Positions 62,685 through 64,000 of a DNA stretch of 64,000 nt are shown one piece after another. This stretch comes from Leucoraja erinacea. Taxonomy: Eukaryota. The stretch spans positions 15,066,001 through 15,130,000 of the forward strand of contig NC_073407.1 of the NCBI RefSeq assembly GCF_028641065.1, written 5' to 3'. A program made the position numbers and the translations under genes. Positions within the stretch are counted from its first letter, which is position 1. Each line of letters opens with the position of its first letter. The notes beneath the pieces were generated by a model. It searched no databases. It saw only the letters and a list, made by a program, of their open reading frames with translations, and was not told the origin of the DNA.

Positions 62685-63617
62685 TCTGTAACGGTTTTGG
62701 CCTGAAGGTCACATTGACTATGATGATCTAGAATGATTGACTCGAGTGATCATATGGTCAACGCCAATACTTTACTTTCTAATGACTATGTTTTATTGGT
62801 CTTTCATTAGGTTCTACAAGGTTATCCTTCAGATACATCTGTTACATAAAGTTAGTTTTAATATACATATTTGACAAATTAAAAATTGAAATGGTAAGAG
62901 TAGGCCATTTAGAACTTGCTCTGCCATCCATCAGCATCATGGCTGATCTTCTACAGCACCACTTCCCTGCTTCACCCCTTGATACCAGAGGTCTTTCAGC
63001 CTACAGCGTAAATACAATCAATGACTGAGCCTCCATGGGCCCCAAGGATGGAGAATTCCAAGGGTTCTCAGTCTTCTGAGTGAAGAAAGATTTCTCATTT
63101 TAGCCCCAAAGGACTTGCATTGGTACTGGGACAGTGACCCCCTGCTTCTAGACTCCTCAGCCAGAGGGAACATCCTACCTTCATTCAGCTTGCTAAGCCC
63201 TATGAGATTTTTATAATTTTAAATTTAGTTTAGTTTATTATTGTCAAGTGTACTGAGTAAAATGAAAAACTTTTGTTTGCATGCTGTCCAGTCAAAAAAA
63301 ACACTATACATGAACACAATCAAGCCATCCACAATGCACGGATAAAGGGTACAACATTTAGTGCAAGATATAATATTAAAGTCTGATTAAAGTTTGAATG
63401 TATTCAATGAGATAGATGGGTGTTTAAGACCACACTCTAGCTGATAAGTGGACCGTTCAGTTGCCTGATAACAGCTGTTATCTCGTAATCTTCTAAACTC
63501 TGTAGAATTCAGGACTATCATCAGTTCTTGTAAGGCAAACCAACCATCTCTGGTACCAGTCCAGTGAAATCTGCTGCACCGCAGCTGATTTTATTTTCTG
63601 CCACTGTTTTTCCATAG

Positions 63618-63704
63618 GGTTTGGCCACGATTCCAGTGTCTGCTTTCTACTCAACTGATAGCAAAAAAGGCTTTCAAAATTTCATACGATTTTGTTTTGT
63701 TAAG
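63618..63704 (+). CDS. KYAT1: KYAT1 core coding exon 11 (GLATIPVSAFYSTDSKKGFQNFIRFCFVK); final exon outside the window
   Basis: TTTTTCCATAG| ... AAG|GTGAGT; 87 nt; IRFCF motif with the substrate-binding Arg. Confidence 0.94.
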
Positions 63705-64000
63705 GTGAGTTGTATTATGAAGTTGCTGAGGATATTGATATATTTGTTTATTGCTGTAGGCTGTATCGAAGTTTAAGACTGCATAGTTTGGATGCTGCAC
63801 CTTTAATGCTGTAATATGTAATGGATAGTCCATCATTTTCAGTTTTGTGAAGAATCTGAAATCTGTTGTCAATTTCAATATTTTTCTACTGACTTCACTC
63901 AAAAATATGCTAATTCTAAGCATTATATTTCCACCAGTTAAATACTATTGGATGTATTTCCCTGCATAGAAACAAACTTTACTGAGAGAACACCACAACT

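Noticed and set aside
63760-63815. SLDAA-containing stretch as the KYAT1 last exon
   Set aside because: Out of phase with the nearby acceptor (phase 0 gives AVSKFKTA*) and lacks the expected C-terminal helix; the true exon is probably beyond the window.

Overview
Eukaryotic, intron-rich, AT-rich vertebrate DNA. The repeat content (CR1/HER1-type LINEs, HE1/V-SINE-type SINEs, Penelope-like elements) suggests a cartilaginous fish, probably a skate or ray (inference). Two genes lie head-to-head around a CpG island at ~39.4-40.0 kb, as in mammals. LRRC8A (VRAC/SWELL1, minus strand) has two non-coding 5' exons and two coding exons giving 815 aa. KYAT1/CCBL1 (kynurenine aminotransferase 1, plus strand) has 11 core coding exons in the window (399 codons); its last exon lies beyond the window. 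Most other ORFs in the track are retroelement fragments or antisense/low-complexity shadows. Main leads: (1) Penelope-like elements with minimal hammerhead-ribozyme cores, several folded back as palindromes with 11-15 bp target-site duplications, one beside a snap-back copy of its target; (2) an upstream KYAT1 exon encoding a candidate mitochondrial presequence with an overlapping uORF; (3) a 30-codon uORF in the LRRC8A leader; (4) Gln at the K98-equivalent gating position of LRRC8A; (5) a CpG-rich non-autonomous retroposon sharing a Rex1-type 3' tail; (6) two unannotated phase-compatible spliced micro-ORFs downstream of LRRC8A. No prokaryotic systems, CRISPR arrays, rRNA or true tRNA genes were seen. 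Repeat boundaries are approximate.
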